This document shows, piece by piece, positions 1-8,164 of a stretch of 43,173 nt of DNA (within the stretch, counting starts at the first letter, position 1; the number at the start of each line of letters is the position of its first letter). The notes under the pieces are model-generated. The model saw nothing but the letters and a program-made list of their open reading frames with translations, was not told where the DNA came from and did not search any database. This DNA is from a virus: positions 1-43,173 of IMG/VR virus record IMGVR_UViG_3300045988_018940, one strand, 5' to 3'. Position numbers and translations under genes: made by a program.

Positions 1-228
1 CAGCACGGCGGGTTCCAGCGGCAATTACAGCACGGCGGGTTCCAGCGGCAATTACAGCACGGCGGGTTCCAGCGGCTATTGCAGCACGGCGGGTTCCAGC
101 GGCTATTCCAGCACGGCGGGTTCCAGCGGAGATTCCAGCACGGCGGGTTCCAGCGGCAATTACAGCACGGCGGGTTCCAGCGGCTATTGCAGCACGGCGG
201 GTTCCAGCGGACGTTACAGCACGGCGGC
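1..228 (+). repeat. 27-bp in-frame tandem repeat array (unit agcacggcgggttccagcggcNNNNNN = STAGSSGxx); same array as 42945..43173
   Basis: About 8 consecutive 27-nt units that differ only in the last two codons (NY, YC, YS, DS, RY). There are no spacers and one reading frame is kept throughout. Confidence 0.95.
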
Positions 229-460
229 AGCCACTGGGGCTTATTGCAGAGCAAAAGCAGGCGGAAAAGACAATATCGCCGTCGCAAACGGCGCACACAG
301 TAAGGCACGGGGCATTCTGGGCTGCTATCTGGTGCTGACTGAGTACGACGATGACGGCAATATGTTGTGGGCAAAGATGGCAAAAGTAGACGGCGCTCAC
401 ATCAGGGAAAACGTCTGGTACACGCTCAAAAATGGCGAGTTCGCGGAGGCAGAGCCGTGA
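2..460 (+). CDS. 3' part of a phage repeat protein; the 5' end is cut by the window start and the N-terminal part is 42606..43173
   Basis: Frame 2 reads the STAGSSGxx repeats, then AATGAYCRAKAGGKDNIAVANGAHSKARGILGCYLVLTEYDDDGNMLWAKMAKVDGAHIRENVWYTLKNGEFAEAEP, with stop TGA at 458-460. The ORF-track frame 79..303 (QHGGFQR) is the off-frame reading of the repeat. Confidence 0.8.
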   Translation, partial: STAGSSGNYSTAGSSGNYSTAGSSGYCSTAGSSGYSSTAGSSGDSSTAGSSGNYSTAGSSGYCSTAGSSGRYSTAAATGAYCRAKAGGKDNIAVANGAHSKARGILGCYLVLTEYDDDGNMLWAKMAKVDGAHIRENVWYTLKNGEFAEAEP

Positions 461-504
461 AAAAGCACTGCAAAACCAAATTGAAAGAAAGGAGGAGTGC
501 GGCA

Positions 505-741
505 GTGAAGAAGAGCATGGGAATTGCAGAGTGCTGCCAGATCATGCGTGATAACGACATTTCTGTGAGCGAGCCGATCTTTACCGGTATGATTCAGGCC
601 GGCAGCTTCCCGGCATGGGCGGTGCCGTCTATTGACACCAAGAGCGCCGCCCCGCTGATCTCCCGCGCCGGTTTTATGGCGTGGGTGAAGGACTTTTACA
701 AGCTCGAAAAGGTTTACACAAAGGAGGAACCGAGAGAATGA
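505..741 (+). CDS. small early protein, unknown function
   Basis: GTG at 505 lies 9 nt after GGAGG (491-495); ATG at 517 is an alternative start. The stop overlaps the next start (ATGA). Confidence 0.5.
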   Translation: MKKSMGIAECCQIMRDNDISVSEPIFTGMIQAGSFPAWAVPSIDTKSAAPLISRAGFMAWVKDFYKLEKVYTKEEPRE

Positions 742-1058
742 GAAAGAAACCGATGAATTTTCGACTCATCTTAGCGCTGGACGGGCTGGCTTTACTGGCA
801 ATCATCGGCGCGGTGCAGGTGGTGCGCTGGGCCTGCTCCTGGCTGGCCGTTGCGCTGACCTACTGGGGCGGCTGGGACATCGCCGAGGCTGCGCATGCCG
901 CACCTTGGATTATTGTTGCATCCACTGCCGGGCTGGCAATGTCGTTTTATGGGATGTATGAGGACAACAAACGGTATAAGCGCAGCGGCTACGGCAAAAT
1001 CGTCCGCAACCATGCCCGGAACCCGGAGTATCCACAGGATGAGGAGAAGGGCGCATGA
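738..1058 (+). CDS. small membrane protein, unknown function
   Basis: ATG at 738 follows AAGGAGG (721-727). MRKKPMNFRLILALDGLALLAIIGAV... contains three hydrophobic segments. Translationally coupled to its neighbours. Confidence 0.6.
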   Translation: MRKKPMNFRLILALDGLALLAIIGAVQVVRWACSWLAVALTYWGGWDIAEAAHAAPWIIVASTAGLAMSFYGMYEDNKRYKRSGYGKIVRNHARNPEYPQDEEKGA

Positions 1059-1249
1059 AGCTGGAAGAGTTGATTCGGCAGCAGGCCGAAGAGTACCTGA
1101 AAACAGCCACACGGCTTGCAACGGAGTCTGCGCTCACGGGGGACATCTGGCTGCGGGTCATCTGCCGGGAAAAATCAGAGGTCTATAGCGCGGCAGCAGA
1201 TGGGATGCTCACAGCCCTCCACGATGCGGAGGATGTCGCACATGGCTGA
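1055..1249 (+). CDS. hypothetical early protein
   Basis: 64-aa ORF whose start overlaps the previous stop (ATGA). Confidence 0.5.
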   Translation: MKLEELIRQQAEEYLKTATRLATESALTGDIWLRVICREKSEVYSAAADGMLTALHDAEDVAHG

Positions 1250-1523
1250 TTGCATCCACTATATCACATGGTACACCGTGTACAGCGCCAAGACCGGTGA
1301 GGTAGTGGCAGCGGGAACCTCCTCCATGTGCGCTGCGAAGCTTGGATACAAGACTGCCAACAGCTTTGCGTCTTCCGTTGGACACCGACGCCATGAAAAA
1401 AAGCGTCCGTGCAAGTACATTTTTGAGCAGGAGCGCATTGATCGCGCGGAGGTTGACTGCCTCCCTCCGCTTCGCCGTTACTGCAAAAAGAAAGGCCGGT
1501 ATGAAAAGGGAGCAGGAATATGA
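1242..1523 (+). CDS. hypothetical early protein
   Basis: In-frame ATG at 1242 (MADCIHYITWYTVYSAKTGE...), tightly packed with neighbours. The upstream part of ORF 1116..1523 overlaps the previous gene. Confidence 0.5.
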   Translation: MADCIHYITWYTVYSAKTGEVVAAGTSSMCAAKLGYKTANSFASSVGHRRHEKKRPCKYIFEQERIDRAEVDCLPPLRRYCKKKGRYEKGAGI

Positions 1524-1801
1524 ACGGTAGATATATGCGCGCCGCAGAGATTCACTGGCATAATCGTCAGCCGGAGCGGCTGCGGCACATCCATCGGGAT
1601 GAAGCTCAAAAACAGCAGGCTTCATTCTGCTGCCATGCTTACCATAAAGGGGATCCTGGCAGATGCGATAAACTGGTTTTTGCCGGTTTTGACCCCGTGT
1701 TATCAAGTGTGCAGGCTCAGCATTGGGCGGACGAAAACTGGCCGCTTTATGACCATATCGACGTCTTGAATTCTTCGGGCTGCAAGATTTACGGGAGGTG
1801 A
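1520..1801 (+). CDS. hypothetical early protein
   Basis: 93-aa ORF with 4-nt overlaps on both sides. Confidence 0.5.
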   Translation: MNGRYMRAAEIHWHNRQPERLRHIHRDEAQKQQASFCCHAYHKGDPGRCDKLVFAGFDPVLSSVQAQHWADENWPLYDHIDVLNSSGCKIYGR

Positions 1802-2424
1802 TACACTTGAGTCAGACGTTAGCCCGCAGAGCCCGCATCAAAGACCTTTCCAACAAGGCCGAGGGCATTTTCCAGTACGTTGGGAACGACAATGTGCTGT
1901 TCCGGCTCATCAGCACCGGCAACAAGCTCACCAGCGACGTCAACTATGCTGTGGCTCTGTTCACCGGCTTTGCTCGGAGTCGTCAACTGAGCGATTTTGA
2001 GACACGCCGCACCATTGACTCAATTTATCGCCGGGTCGGTGAGCTCATGTGCCTTATCGACATCGTTCATGCCGCTGCTGGCGAAGAAATCATGCCTGAG
2101 CCGTATGAATCAATAGATTTTTGTTACATGACCGAGTATCGCGCCATGCTGCGGGAGGCCGTCATTCGTGGGATGCCGGACAACTACAGAGGCCCGGCGC
2201 AGAACCCCTACACTGTTAGCCTTGTGCAGCCGGGCGTTGGCCACGGTAATGGTTACACACTGGATGAGTACGATGACGATTTCTTTGCCCGATTTACTCG
2301 CAGAGAAGAGCCGCGTGACCGGAAGCTCGTCTTCCGCTGCACTAAATCCGAGCTTGACGCCATCAAGCGTTACGCCAATATCATCGATATTAAATTTACC
2401 GAGGAGGAAATTCATCATGCCTGA
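1798..2424 (+). CDS. hypothetical early protein (208 aa)
   Basis: ORF preceded by GGGAGGTGA. The start could be GTG at 1798 or TTG at 1807. No family recognised. Confidence 0.6.
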   Translation: MIHLSQTLARRARIKDLSNKAEGIFQYVGNDNVLFRLISTGNKLTSDVNYAVALFTGFARSRQLSDFETRRTIDSIYRRVGELMCLIDIVHAAAGEEIMPEPYESIDFCYMTEYRAMLREAVIRGMPDNYRGPAQNPYTVSLVQPGVGHGNGYTLDEYDDDFFARFTRREEPRDRKLVFRCTKSELDAIKRYANIIDIKFTEEEIHHA

Positions 2425-3112
2425 GAAAAACCAGACCCCTATCGAGATGCTCGACCAGAATGCAGCTGTTTTCCAGAGTGTCGAGGCGCCTGCGCCTGTT
2501 GCGCCCACTGCACCCGCTCAGCCGCCGCGTCAGAGCTACGCCGAGAAGGTTCAGGGTCTGACCATTGACGAGCGCAACTGGATGCTTGCAAAGTCCAAAG
2601 CCGCCGCGATGGCGCAGCTTCCCGAGGGTTTCTTGCCCCAGACCTACACCGGCAATCCCGGTGCGTGTGCCATCGCCTGCGAGATGGCCCTTCGCATGGG
2701 CGTTTCTCACCTCTTCGTCATGCAGAACCTTTACGTCGTCCATGGTATGCCCACATGGAGCGGCAAGAGTTGCAAGGCCCTCATCGACAACAGCGGCCAG
2801 TTTGCAGGACGCACCCGCTACCGCATGGAGGGCGAAGAAGGCGCCGACAACTGGGGTTGCCGCCTGATCGGCGTGGACAAGCTCACCGGTGAAAAGGTCG
2901 AAGGCCCGAAAGTCACGGTCAAGATGGCGAAAGACGCCGGGTGGTGGAACAAGAATGGCAGCTACTGGCCCAAGATGACCGAAATGATGCTCAAGTACCG
3001 CGCCGCCGCTTACTTTGCCCGCGCCGAGTGTCCGGAGGTCCTGATGGGCGCCAACATCGACTACGAGGTAGGCGCTGGCGACGCCGAGGAAGAGGGTGCG
3101 GCCCATGCTTAA
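2417..3112 (+). CDS. RecT/Red-beta-type single-strand annealing protein
   Basis: ATG at 2417 follows GAGGAGG. Contains ...LYVVHGMPTWSGKSCKALIDNSGQF... and ...YWPKMTEMMLKYRAAAYFARAECPEVL..., which resemble the RecT family. Sits directly upstream of ssb. Confidence 0.65.
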   Translation: MPEKNQTPIEMLDQNAAVFQSVEAPAPVAPTAPAQPPRQSYAEKVQGLTIDERNWMLAKSKAAAMAQLPEGFLPQTYTGNPGACAIACEMALRMGVSHLFVMQNLYVVHGMPTWSGKSCKALIDNSGQFAGRTRYRMEGEEGADNWGCRLIGVDKLTGEKVEGPKVTVKMAKDAGWWNKNGSYWPKMTEMMLKYRAAAYFARAECPEVLMGANIDYEVGAGDAEEEGAAHA

Positions 3113-3593
3113 TGTTGTTGCGCTGATGGGCCGTCTGGTCTATGACCCGGAGCTCAAGACCACCCAGAACGGCACCAACGTGTGCAGCTTCCGCATCGCG
3201 GTTGACCGCAGCTTCACCCGGCAGGGCGAAGAGCGCAAGGCCGATTTTATCGACGTTACCGCGTGGCGGCAGACCGCCGAGTTCGTCTCTAAGTATTTCC
3301 AGAAGGGCAGTCTGATCGCCATCGAAGGCAGTCTCCAGACCCGCCAGTATCAGGACAAGAACGGAAACAACCGCACGGCTACCGAGGTTCTTGCGTCGCA
3401 GGTGAGCTTTTGCGGCGGAAAGGCCGCAGAGAAGCCCGCTGTGCGCGATTTCGACCAGCAGACGGAAAATCATGTGCGCGAAGCGAACATCGCTCACAGC
3501 GCCCCGCAGAAGCCTCAGAGCGTACCGGAGTATTCGCAGGGCGGCGCAGACGACTTTTCGGTCATCGACGATTCGGAGGATTTGCCGTTCTAA
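3105..3593 (+). CDS. ssb: single-stranded DNA-binding protein
   Basis: MLNVVALMGRLVYDPELKTTQNGTNVCSFRIAVDR...FIDVTAWRQTAEFVSKYFQKGSLIAIEGSLQTRQYQDKNG is an OB fold, and the acidic tail ends DDSEDLPF. Confidence 0.95.
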   Translation: MLNVVALMGRLVYDPELKTTQNGTNVCSFRIAVDRSFTRQGEERKADFIDVTAWRQTAEFVSKYFQKGSLIAIEGSLQTRQYQDKNGNNRTATEVLASQVSFCGGKAAEKPAVRDFDQQTENHVREANIAHSAPQKPQSVPEYSQGGADDFSVIDDSEDLPF

Positions 3594-3643
3594 ACCGAGA
3601 GCTGCGCTATCTGGCTATACGGGCGCGCAAAGGAGGTGGTTGA

Positions 3644-4390
3644 GTGGCACAGGACGATAAAAAGTCATTTGTGGCGTATCTGAGCTGGTTCGACGCGCTG
3701 GAAGAATACTCCGACGCAGAGGTTGGGCAGTTGATGCGAGCTCTTGCACGGTATGCCAAAACCGGAGAAGAACCCGAATTTTCAGACCGTGGGATGCGTG
3801 GCAACTGGAAATTTATGTGCAGCGACGTAAAACGGGCGTCTGAAAAATGGGATGAAACACGCAAGAAACGCAGCAACGCCGGAAAGCGCGGCATGGCAAA
3901 GCGCTGGGGAAAGCCTGACGACATAACAAAAATAACAAACGATAACAATGTTAATGACGACATAACAAAAATAACTGTAGATGTAAATGGAGATGTAGAT
4001 GTAAATGGAGATGTAGATGTAAATGGAGATGTAGATGTTGTAAAGCGCGATAACACCGCCGCCGTTGATATGGAGTTATCAAAAATCGTCCAGCATTACC
4101 AGCGGGCTATCGGCGACTTCCCGCGTTCGGCGCTGGAAAAACTGCAAAAATGGCGGCAGGAGTACAGCACGGAGATGATTTCGCTGGCGATCGACAAGGC
4201 CGCAGAGGCCGGGAAGCGCTCGTGGAACTACATCAACGGCATATTATCCGGCTGGCAGCGGGACGGGATACGCACCCCGGGGGACGTGGCAGCGAATGAG
4301 CAGCGCCGACGAGAGCAGCCTCGCGGGAAACAAGCCACAGAAAGCACCGCAGAAGCATACGCAAATATTTTCAAGGGGGTGAAACCGTGA
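3644..4390 (+). CDS. phage replisome organizer with a DnaD-like C-terminal domain
   Basis: GTG at 3644 follows AGGAGGTGG. The C-terminal ...SLAIDKAAEAGKRSWNYINGILSGWQRDGIRTPGDV is a DnaD-type motif. The central linker carries VDVNGD x3, encoded by the iterons. Confidence 0.8.
   Translation: MAQDDKKSFVAYLSWFDALEEYSDAEVGQLMRALARYAKTGEEPEFSDRGMRGNWKFMCSDVKRASEKWDETRKKRSNAGKRGMAKRWGKPDDITKITNDNNVNDDITKITVDVNGDVDVNGDVDVNGDVDVVKRDNTAAVDMELSKIVQHYQRAIGDFPRSALEKLQKWRQEYSTEMISLAIDKAAEAGKRSWNYINGILSGWQRDGIRTPGDVAANEQRRREQPRGKQATESTAEAYANIFKGVKP
3917..4038 (+). repeat. direct repeats inside the replisome-organizer gene (candidate ori iterons)
   Basis: gacgacataacaaaaataac occurs at 3917-3936 and 3956-3975. 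The 18-bp unit gtagatgtaaatggagat occurs about 3.4 times at 3977-4038. The patch is AT-rich in a GC-rich gene. Confidence 0.9.
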
Positions 4391-4725
4391 CAGTGGAGAT
4401 GATGACAAAGCTCCTTGCGGACGCTGAGGCCTATTTTGGACGGCCTCAGACCGCAGAGAACCGCGCAAGCATCGCGGAGATCTGGGCGAACTCATCGCTC
4501 AAGGATGTGCCGGATGATATGGCCTATAAGACATTCCACGAGGTGATTTCGGAGTGCAGCTGGCAGAGCCAGCTTCTCCCGGCGTGGAAAAAGGCCATCG
4601 AAAAGGCCCGGGGCGAGCAGATTCTGGTAAAGCGCTGCCTTGCTGCCCGCACCCGGATGCTTAAGTCCAGAGCAGAAAGAAAGCTTCTTGGGCAGGAAAA
4701 CCAGAACGGAGGACGAAATGCCTAG
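4387..4725 (+). CDS. hypothetical protein (replication module)
   Basis: 112-aa ORF whose GTG start overlaps the previous stop. Confidence 0.55.
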   Translation: MTVEMMTKLLADAEAYFGRPQTAENRASIAEIWANSSLKDVPDDMAYKTFHEVISECSWQSQLLPAWKKAIEKARGEQILVKRCLAARTRMLKSRAERKLLGQENQNGGRNA

Positions 4726-4894
4726 ATACAAAGTTATCGTAGAGTGCAGCGGCCCGCACGGGAACGCGGCGCTTACATACCGCATCAATACCGCGAGCCA
4801 GTTTGCGGCAGAGTTCCGGGCCTGCCAACTGGCAGGCGACCATTACCCCGAGTATCGGGACATCAAGCCAGTGAGAACAGAGGTGTTGAAATGA
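4718..4894 (+). CDS. hypothetical small protein
   Basis: ATG at 4718 follows GGAGGA (MPRYKVIVECSGPHG...). Confidence 0.5.
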   Translation: MPRYKVIVECSGPHGNAALTYRINTASQFAAEFRACQLAGDHYPEYRDIKPVRTEVLK

Positions 4895-5109
4895 CAATGA
4901 CGCCGTGTAAAGACTGCCCCACTCGTCACCCGGTATGCCACGACAGCTGCCCCAAGTACGCCGAGTTTAAGCTCCAACGCGGCGCAGAAGCAGCTTATAC
5001 CCGAGAGATGCTGGACACAGGCAAGGTCTACCACTACGACCACGAGGACCGCCACCGGGAGCGTGGCCGCAAGAAGTACATGGGAGCGAACGGAGGAGCG
5101 GACAGATGA
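4891..5109 (+). CDS. small Cys-rich protein
   Basis: ATGA start overlap. MTMTPCKDCPTRHPVCHDSCPKYAEF... contains Cys clusters. Confidence 0.5.
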   Translation: MTMTPCKDCPTRHPVCHDSCPKYAEFKLQRGAEAAYTREMLDTGKVYHYDHEDRHRERGRKKYMGANGGADR

Positions 5110-5222
5110 AAGTACTTATCTCCTGTGAGGAATCGCAGGAAGTATGCAAGGCATTTCGGGCAAAAGCCAGAAGCAAAACAGCGCCGGGCATTGCAAAAGC
5201 AATGTCCGAACAATGGGGGTAA
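5106..5222 (+). pseudogene. possible truncated remnant of a phage methyltransferase-like gene (38 codons)
   Basis: MKVLISCEESQEVCKAFRAK... resembles, from memory, the N-terminus of phage proteins annotated as DNA cytosine methyltransferase (MKVLxxCEESQxVxxAFRxxGHEAxSCD). The reading departs from that pattern after about 20 aa and stops at 5220-5222. Confidence 0.3.
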
Positions 5223-5226
5223 GCAG

Positions 5227-5712
5227 ATGAAACCGAAAACGAAATCCGAGCTGATGGCCGAATGGGCCAGCCAGCCCGGTCAACTCAAGAAAGAGCGGGA
5301 AGCAAAGGCCATCCGCAAGGCGATGGACGATGCCCGCGCCGTGATTCAGGACGGTCTGACCCGGTACGTCAAGAAAAAGACCAAAGCCCGCAGCATGGCA
5401 AAGGCTGAAGCTGACCCCTTTGCTGAGCTGGAAGGCTGGGAAAGCATGGAGCAGATCCAGGATGCCTACGGCTATGGCGAGATCACCGCCGACAGGCGGG
5501 ACAAACTCACCGACCTGTGGGAAGCCCGGGAAGCTGCCAGAAACAGCCGCAAGGGCGCAGACAAGTATCACGACCTTGTAACGGAGATGCTGGAAACGGC
5601 CATCCGCCGGGTGGGCAATGAGTACGCAGATATGCTGTTTGAGTATGACCAGCAGCGCCGGGAAGCTGAAAAGCAGTGCGAGCAGCTGGCAATGGAAGGG
5701 ATGATGAAATGA
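5227..5712 (+). CDS. hypothetical charged helical protein
   Basis: In-frame ATG at 5227 (MKPKTKSELMAEW...). The stop overlaps the next start. Confidence 0.55.
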   Translation: MKPKTKSELMAEWASQPGQLKKEREAKAIRKAMDDARAVIQDGLTRYVKKKTKARSMAKAEADPFAELEGWESMEQIQDAYGYGEITADRRDKLTDLWEAREAARNSRKGADKYHDLVTEMLETAIRRVGNEYADMLFEYDQQRREAEKQCEQLAMEGMMK

Positions 5713-5987
5713 CTGAAATGCAAAAACTGGACGCTGCCCTTACTGAGATGGGCGTAGAGCACACCTACGATCTCGAGTACATGGACGGAGAACAGATTAT
5801 AGTCCTGAAAAACGGCAAGTACCACTGGGACGCAATTTGCATCCCGGGTTCCTACGGCTGGGGGGATGGCCTGCTGGAAGTAATGGGAAAACCTCTGGTG
5901 GGCGATGGTAAAAACGTGCTGGGGTTCCTCGCTGCGGATGATGTGCTGAAAATGTTGAATGGGAGTGAAGCTCATGCCAAACCATGA
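5709..5987 (+). CDS. hypothetical protein
   Basis: ATGA overlap start at 5709 (MTEMQKLDAALTEMGVEH...). Confidence 0.5.
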   Translation: MTEMQKLDAALTEMGVEHTYDLEYMDGEQIIVLKNGKYHWDAICIPGSYGWGDGLLEVMGKPLVGDGKNVLGFLAADDVLKMLNGSEAHAKP

Positions 5988-6489
5988 GGATTACGTGTGG
6001 TACAAAGAGCATGGAATCTGCCCGGCGTGTAGACACGCAAAGGCTTCTCCCGGAAGAGTACTGTGCGATGAGTGCCTTGAAAAAAATCGTGAAAGGGGCA
6101 GAATCAGGAACAAGAACGAAGACAGGGCGCAAGCTAATGCTTATCAGAAAGAGCGCAGAGAACGTCTGAAAGCTAATGGAATATGCTTTCGGTGCGGTAA
6201 ACGTAAAGCAGTAAGTGGCAAGACAATGTGCTATGAATGCGCTATCAAATACCGCAGGTGGGACAGAGAATGGCATTCAAAACGTTCTCGTCATTTCAAA
6301 GAGACTGGTCAATGCCAGTGGTGCGACAACATGGCGATTCCGGGGAAGAACTACTGCCAGAAGCACTACTACGACCTCTGCGAACGCATTGCAAAGGGAA
6401 GGAAAGCGCAGAAAAACAAGGCTGTTTACAAAAATTTGAACAACGCATTTTGGATGGAATACAAGAAAGAAGGCAGTCAATGCACCTGA
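5974..6489 (+). CDS. protein with three CxxC...CxxC zinc-ribbon repeats
   Basis: ATG at 5974 lies 6 nt after GGAGTG. The repeats are CPACRH..CDEC, CFRCGK..CYEC and CQWCDN..CQKH. Confidence 0.55.
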   Translation: MPNHEDYVWYKEHGICPACRHAKASPGRVLCDECLEKNRERGRIRNKNEDRAQANAYQKERRERLKANGICFRCGKRKAVSGKTMCYECAIKYRRWDREWHSKRSRHFKETGQCQWCDNMAIPGKNYCQKHYYDLCERIAKGRKAQKNKAVYKNLNNAFWMEYKKEGSQCT

Positions 6490-6857
6490 TCCTCTACGGC
6501 GACCCGCGAACCAAGAAGAACTCCGCCCGCATCCTCAGAAGCCGATCAGGCGGGCGCTTTGTGGCTCCCAGCAAGGCCTACGTGGATTATGAGACCGACT
6601 GCCTGCGGCAAATCAAAAGGCCGCTCAGCCCTATCTCTGCCCGTGTAAACGTGCGGTGTGTATATTACATGAAGACCGCCCGCCGGGTCGATCTGGCAAA
6701 CCTCATCGAGGCGACAACGGACATTCTGGTAAAAGCCCACGTGCTGGAGGACGACAACAGCAAGATCGTCGCCGCCCACGATGGTAGCCGGGTGGAGCTT
6801 GATCGGAAGAACCCGAGGGTGGAAATTGAGATTGAAGAAATGGAGGACGAAAAATGA
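6480..6857 (+). CDS. rusA: RusA-family Holliday junction resolvase
   Basis: MHLILYGDPRTKKNSARI...APSKAYVDYETDC...DLANLIEATTDILVKAHVLEDDNSKIV is the typical RusA pattern. Confidence 0.8.
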   Translation: MHLILYGDPRTKKNSARILRSRSGGRFVAPSKAYVDYETDCLRQIKRPLSPISARVNVRCVYYMKTARRVDLANLIEATTDILVKAHVLEDDNSKIVAAHDGSRVELDRKNPRVEIEIEEMEDEK

Positions 6858-7240
6858 ACCAAATTTTTCTTGTCATCGGCGCAACGCTTTGCTACGTCGG
6901 CGGATTCGGCATAATGATTTGTCTTTTGGGCGTCCTAACCGAACTGTGTATCGAAATCTGGGACAGTAATTTTAGACAGATTTGTGTTCGATTCCAAATC
7001 GCGCCGGGCGATGTTTCATACTTTGCCCAGAATAAAAAAGAAATTGAAGCGGCACTTGAGAAGCAACGCATTCGGTGGCCGAACACGGACGATGCATCTT
7101 TCGGGTGGTGGAACTGCCCAGAATGCAACGCGCCGAACCGATACGCCAGCGAAAGCAAACCGGTTGCATATTGCCGCTGCTACGGACAAGCTGTCGATAT
7201 GGATTACTACAGGAGGCATGCCAATGATTCGCACACCTGA
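6854..7240 (+). CDS. membrane protein with a C-terminal zinc ribbon
   Basis: N-terminal transmembrane segment (IFLVIGATLCYVGGFGIMICLLGVL), then WWNCPECNAPNRY...YCRCYG. Confidence 0.5.
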   Translation: MNQIFLVIGATLCYVGGFGIMICLLGVLTELCIEIWDSNFRQICVRFQIAPGDVSYFAQNKKEIEAALEKQRIRWPNTDDASFGWWNCPECNAPNRYASESKPVAYCRCYGQAVDMDYYRRHANDSHT

Positions 7241-7739
7241 CACCAACACGCCAAAGCCTGACAGCGGCGTGGACTACCGCACCGTCAAGGCGTGGTTTCA
7301 GCAGTGCCGCGACCTTGCGGCAGCTATCGAAGTCCAGAAGCAAAAAATACAGCGCATCCGGGACGTGGCAGAAAAATGCACCCAGAGCCTGAGCGGGATG
7401 CCTGCGGGTGGTGGCAATGGGGACAAGGTGGGCTTTGCTGTAGAGCAGCTGGACACCGAGCGCCGACAGCTTCAGAGGATGGAGACGGACCTGTGTAATC
7501 TGCGTGTCGAGGCCACACGGCGGGCATACTGCCTGATAGCCGAGCCGGAATGCGCCGAAGCGATTTGCGAGCACTATATCATGGGCAAGTCTCACAAGGA
7601 AATCGCAAAAGAAGTCAGCGTATGTGGGGCAGAGGTGGTCTACCGGCGAATCAAACGCGGATGCATGGCTCTGGCTGAAATATGGGAAGAGTTTTCTGAC
7701 GTGCAAAGTGTACAACATGCACAAGAAAACACAGCGTGA
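7224..7739 (+). CDS. ArpU/sigma-70 region-4-like late transcriptional regulator
   Basis: ATG at 7224 lies 7 nt after AGGAGG. The C-terminal HTH is ...YIMGKSHKEIAKEVSVCGAEVVYRRIKRGCMAL. The position just upstream of the packaging genes is typical for this regulator class. Confidence 0.6.
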   Translation: MIRTPDTNTPKPDSGVDYRTVKAWFQQCRDLAAAIEVQKQKIQRIRDVAEKCTQSLSGMPAGGGNGDKVGFAVEQLDTERRQLQRMETDLCNLRVEATRRAYCLIAEPECAEAICEHYIMGKSHKEIAKEVSVCGAEVVYRRIKRGCMALAEIWEEFSDVQSVQHAQENTA

Positions 7740-7760
7740 TTTTGGCAGGGGTCGGCCCTT

Positions 7761-7788
7761 TTCAAGTCTGTAAGCTTAGATGTAAAAT
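7761..7788 (+). promoter_or_regulatory. candidate sigma-70-type promoter for the non-coding locus
   Basis: TTCAAG (7761-7766), 16 nt, TAAAAT (7783-7788). The same hexamers and spacing recur at 37273-37300. Confidence 0.35.
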
Positions 7789-7911
7789 TCTAATAAGCGG
7801 TTCAGCGCTAAGCGGTGGCCGCTTGCCACGCAGCTTCCAGAACGGTCCCTTCCTTGTGACAGGTTTTCATGCTTTCCTGTTCTCCTTCACCGTTTTGCGG
7901 GCTGCTTCTAT

Positions 7912-8013
7912 GCGAGATTTTGGCACGGCTCCATTCAGGGCGGCGGTTCTGAGTGTCTGGGGAAGGGCGCGCACCTCCCTCTCCGCGTGGTTCGAATCCA
8001 CGGTTTCGCACCA
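7912..8013 (+). ncRNA. tRNA-like module with encoded ACCA and a long extra arm, but no canonical anticodon loop
   Basis: Acceptor GCGAGAT/GTTTCGC (7 bp, 2 GU). T-arm CGTGG-TTCGAAT-CCACG. Extra arm about 9 bp (7959-7984). The central stem TTCAG/CTGAG closes a 10-nt loop GGCGGCGGTT. The 3' end is A-CCA. Confidence 0.5.
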
Positions 8014-8130
8014 TATGGCGCATGGACTCATCCCCCACAAAGCTGCACGCTTAACCTCCCGTGCCACGAGAGAAAGCTTTGAATCCCTGAGGGTGTGGGT
8101 AGGCTTCCCGACGGGATGTGCGTCAAACAA

Positions 8131-8160
8131 CAGCCCCGGCGGAGAACCGGGGCTGTTTTA
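8131..8160 (+). terminator. rho-independent terminator
   Basis: CAGCCCCGG-cggagaa-CCGGGGCTG followed by TTTTA. Confidence 0.85.
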
Positions 8161-8164
8161 TATG

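Larger units (their letters stand above)
7795..8160 (+). ncRNA. candidate structured non-coding RNA (about 365 nt) ending at an intrinsic terminator
   Basis: No ORF with an RBS. Many GC-rich helices, an embedded tRNA-like module at 7912-8013, and a strong terminator at 8131-8160. Confidence 0.45.

Noticed and set aside
1-228. Regular 27-bp repeats that might suggest a CRISPR array.
   Set aside because: The units are directly adjacent with no spacers. They are in frame within a protein-coding gene and vary only in two codons. There are no cas genes.
79-303. ORF-track ORF translating as repeated QHGGFQR units.
   Set aside because: This is the off-frame reading of the 27-bp repeat. Frame 2 continues the gene from the other end of the window and runs into a plausible globular C-terminal domain ending at 460.
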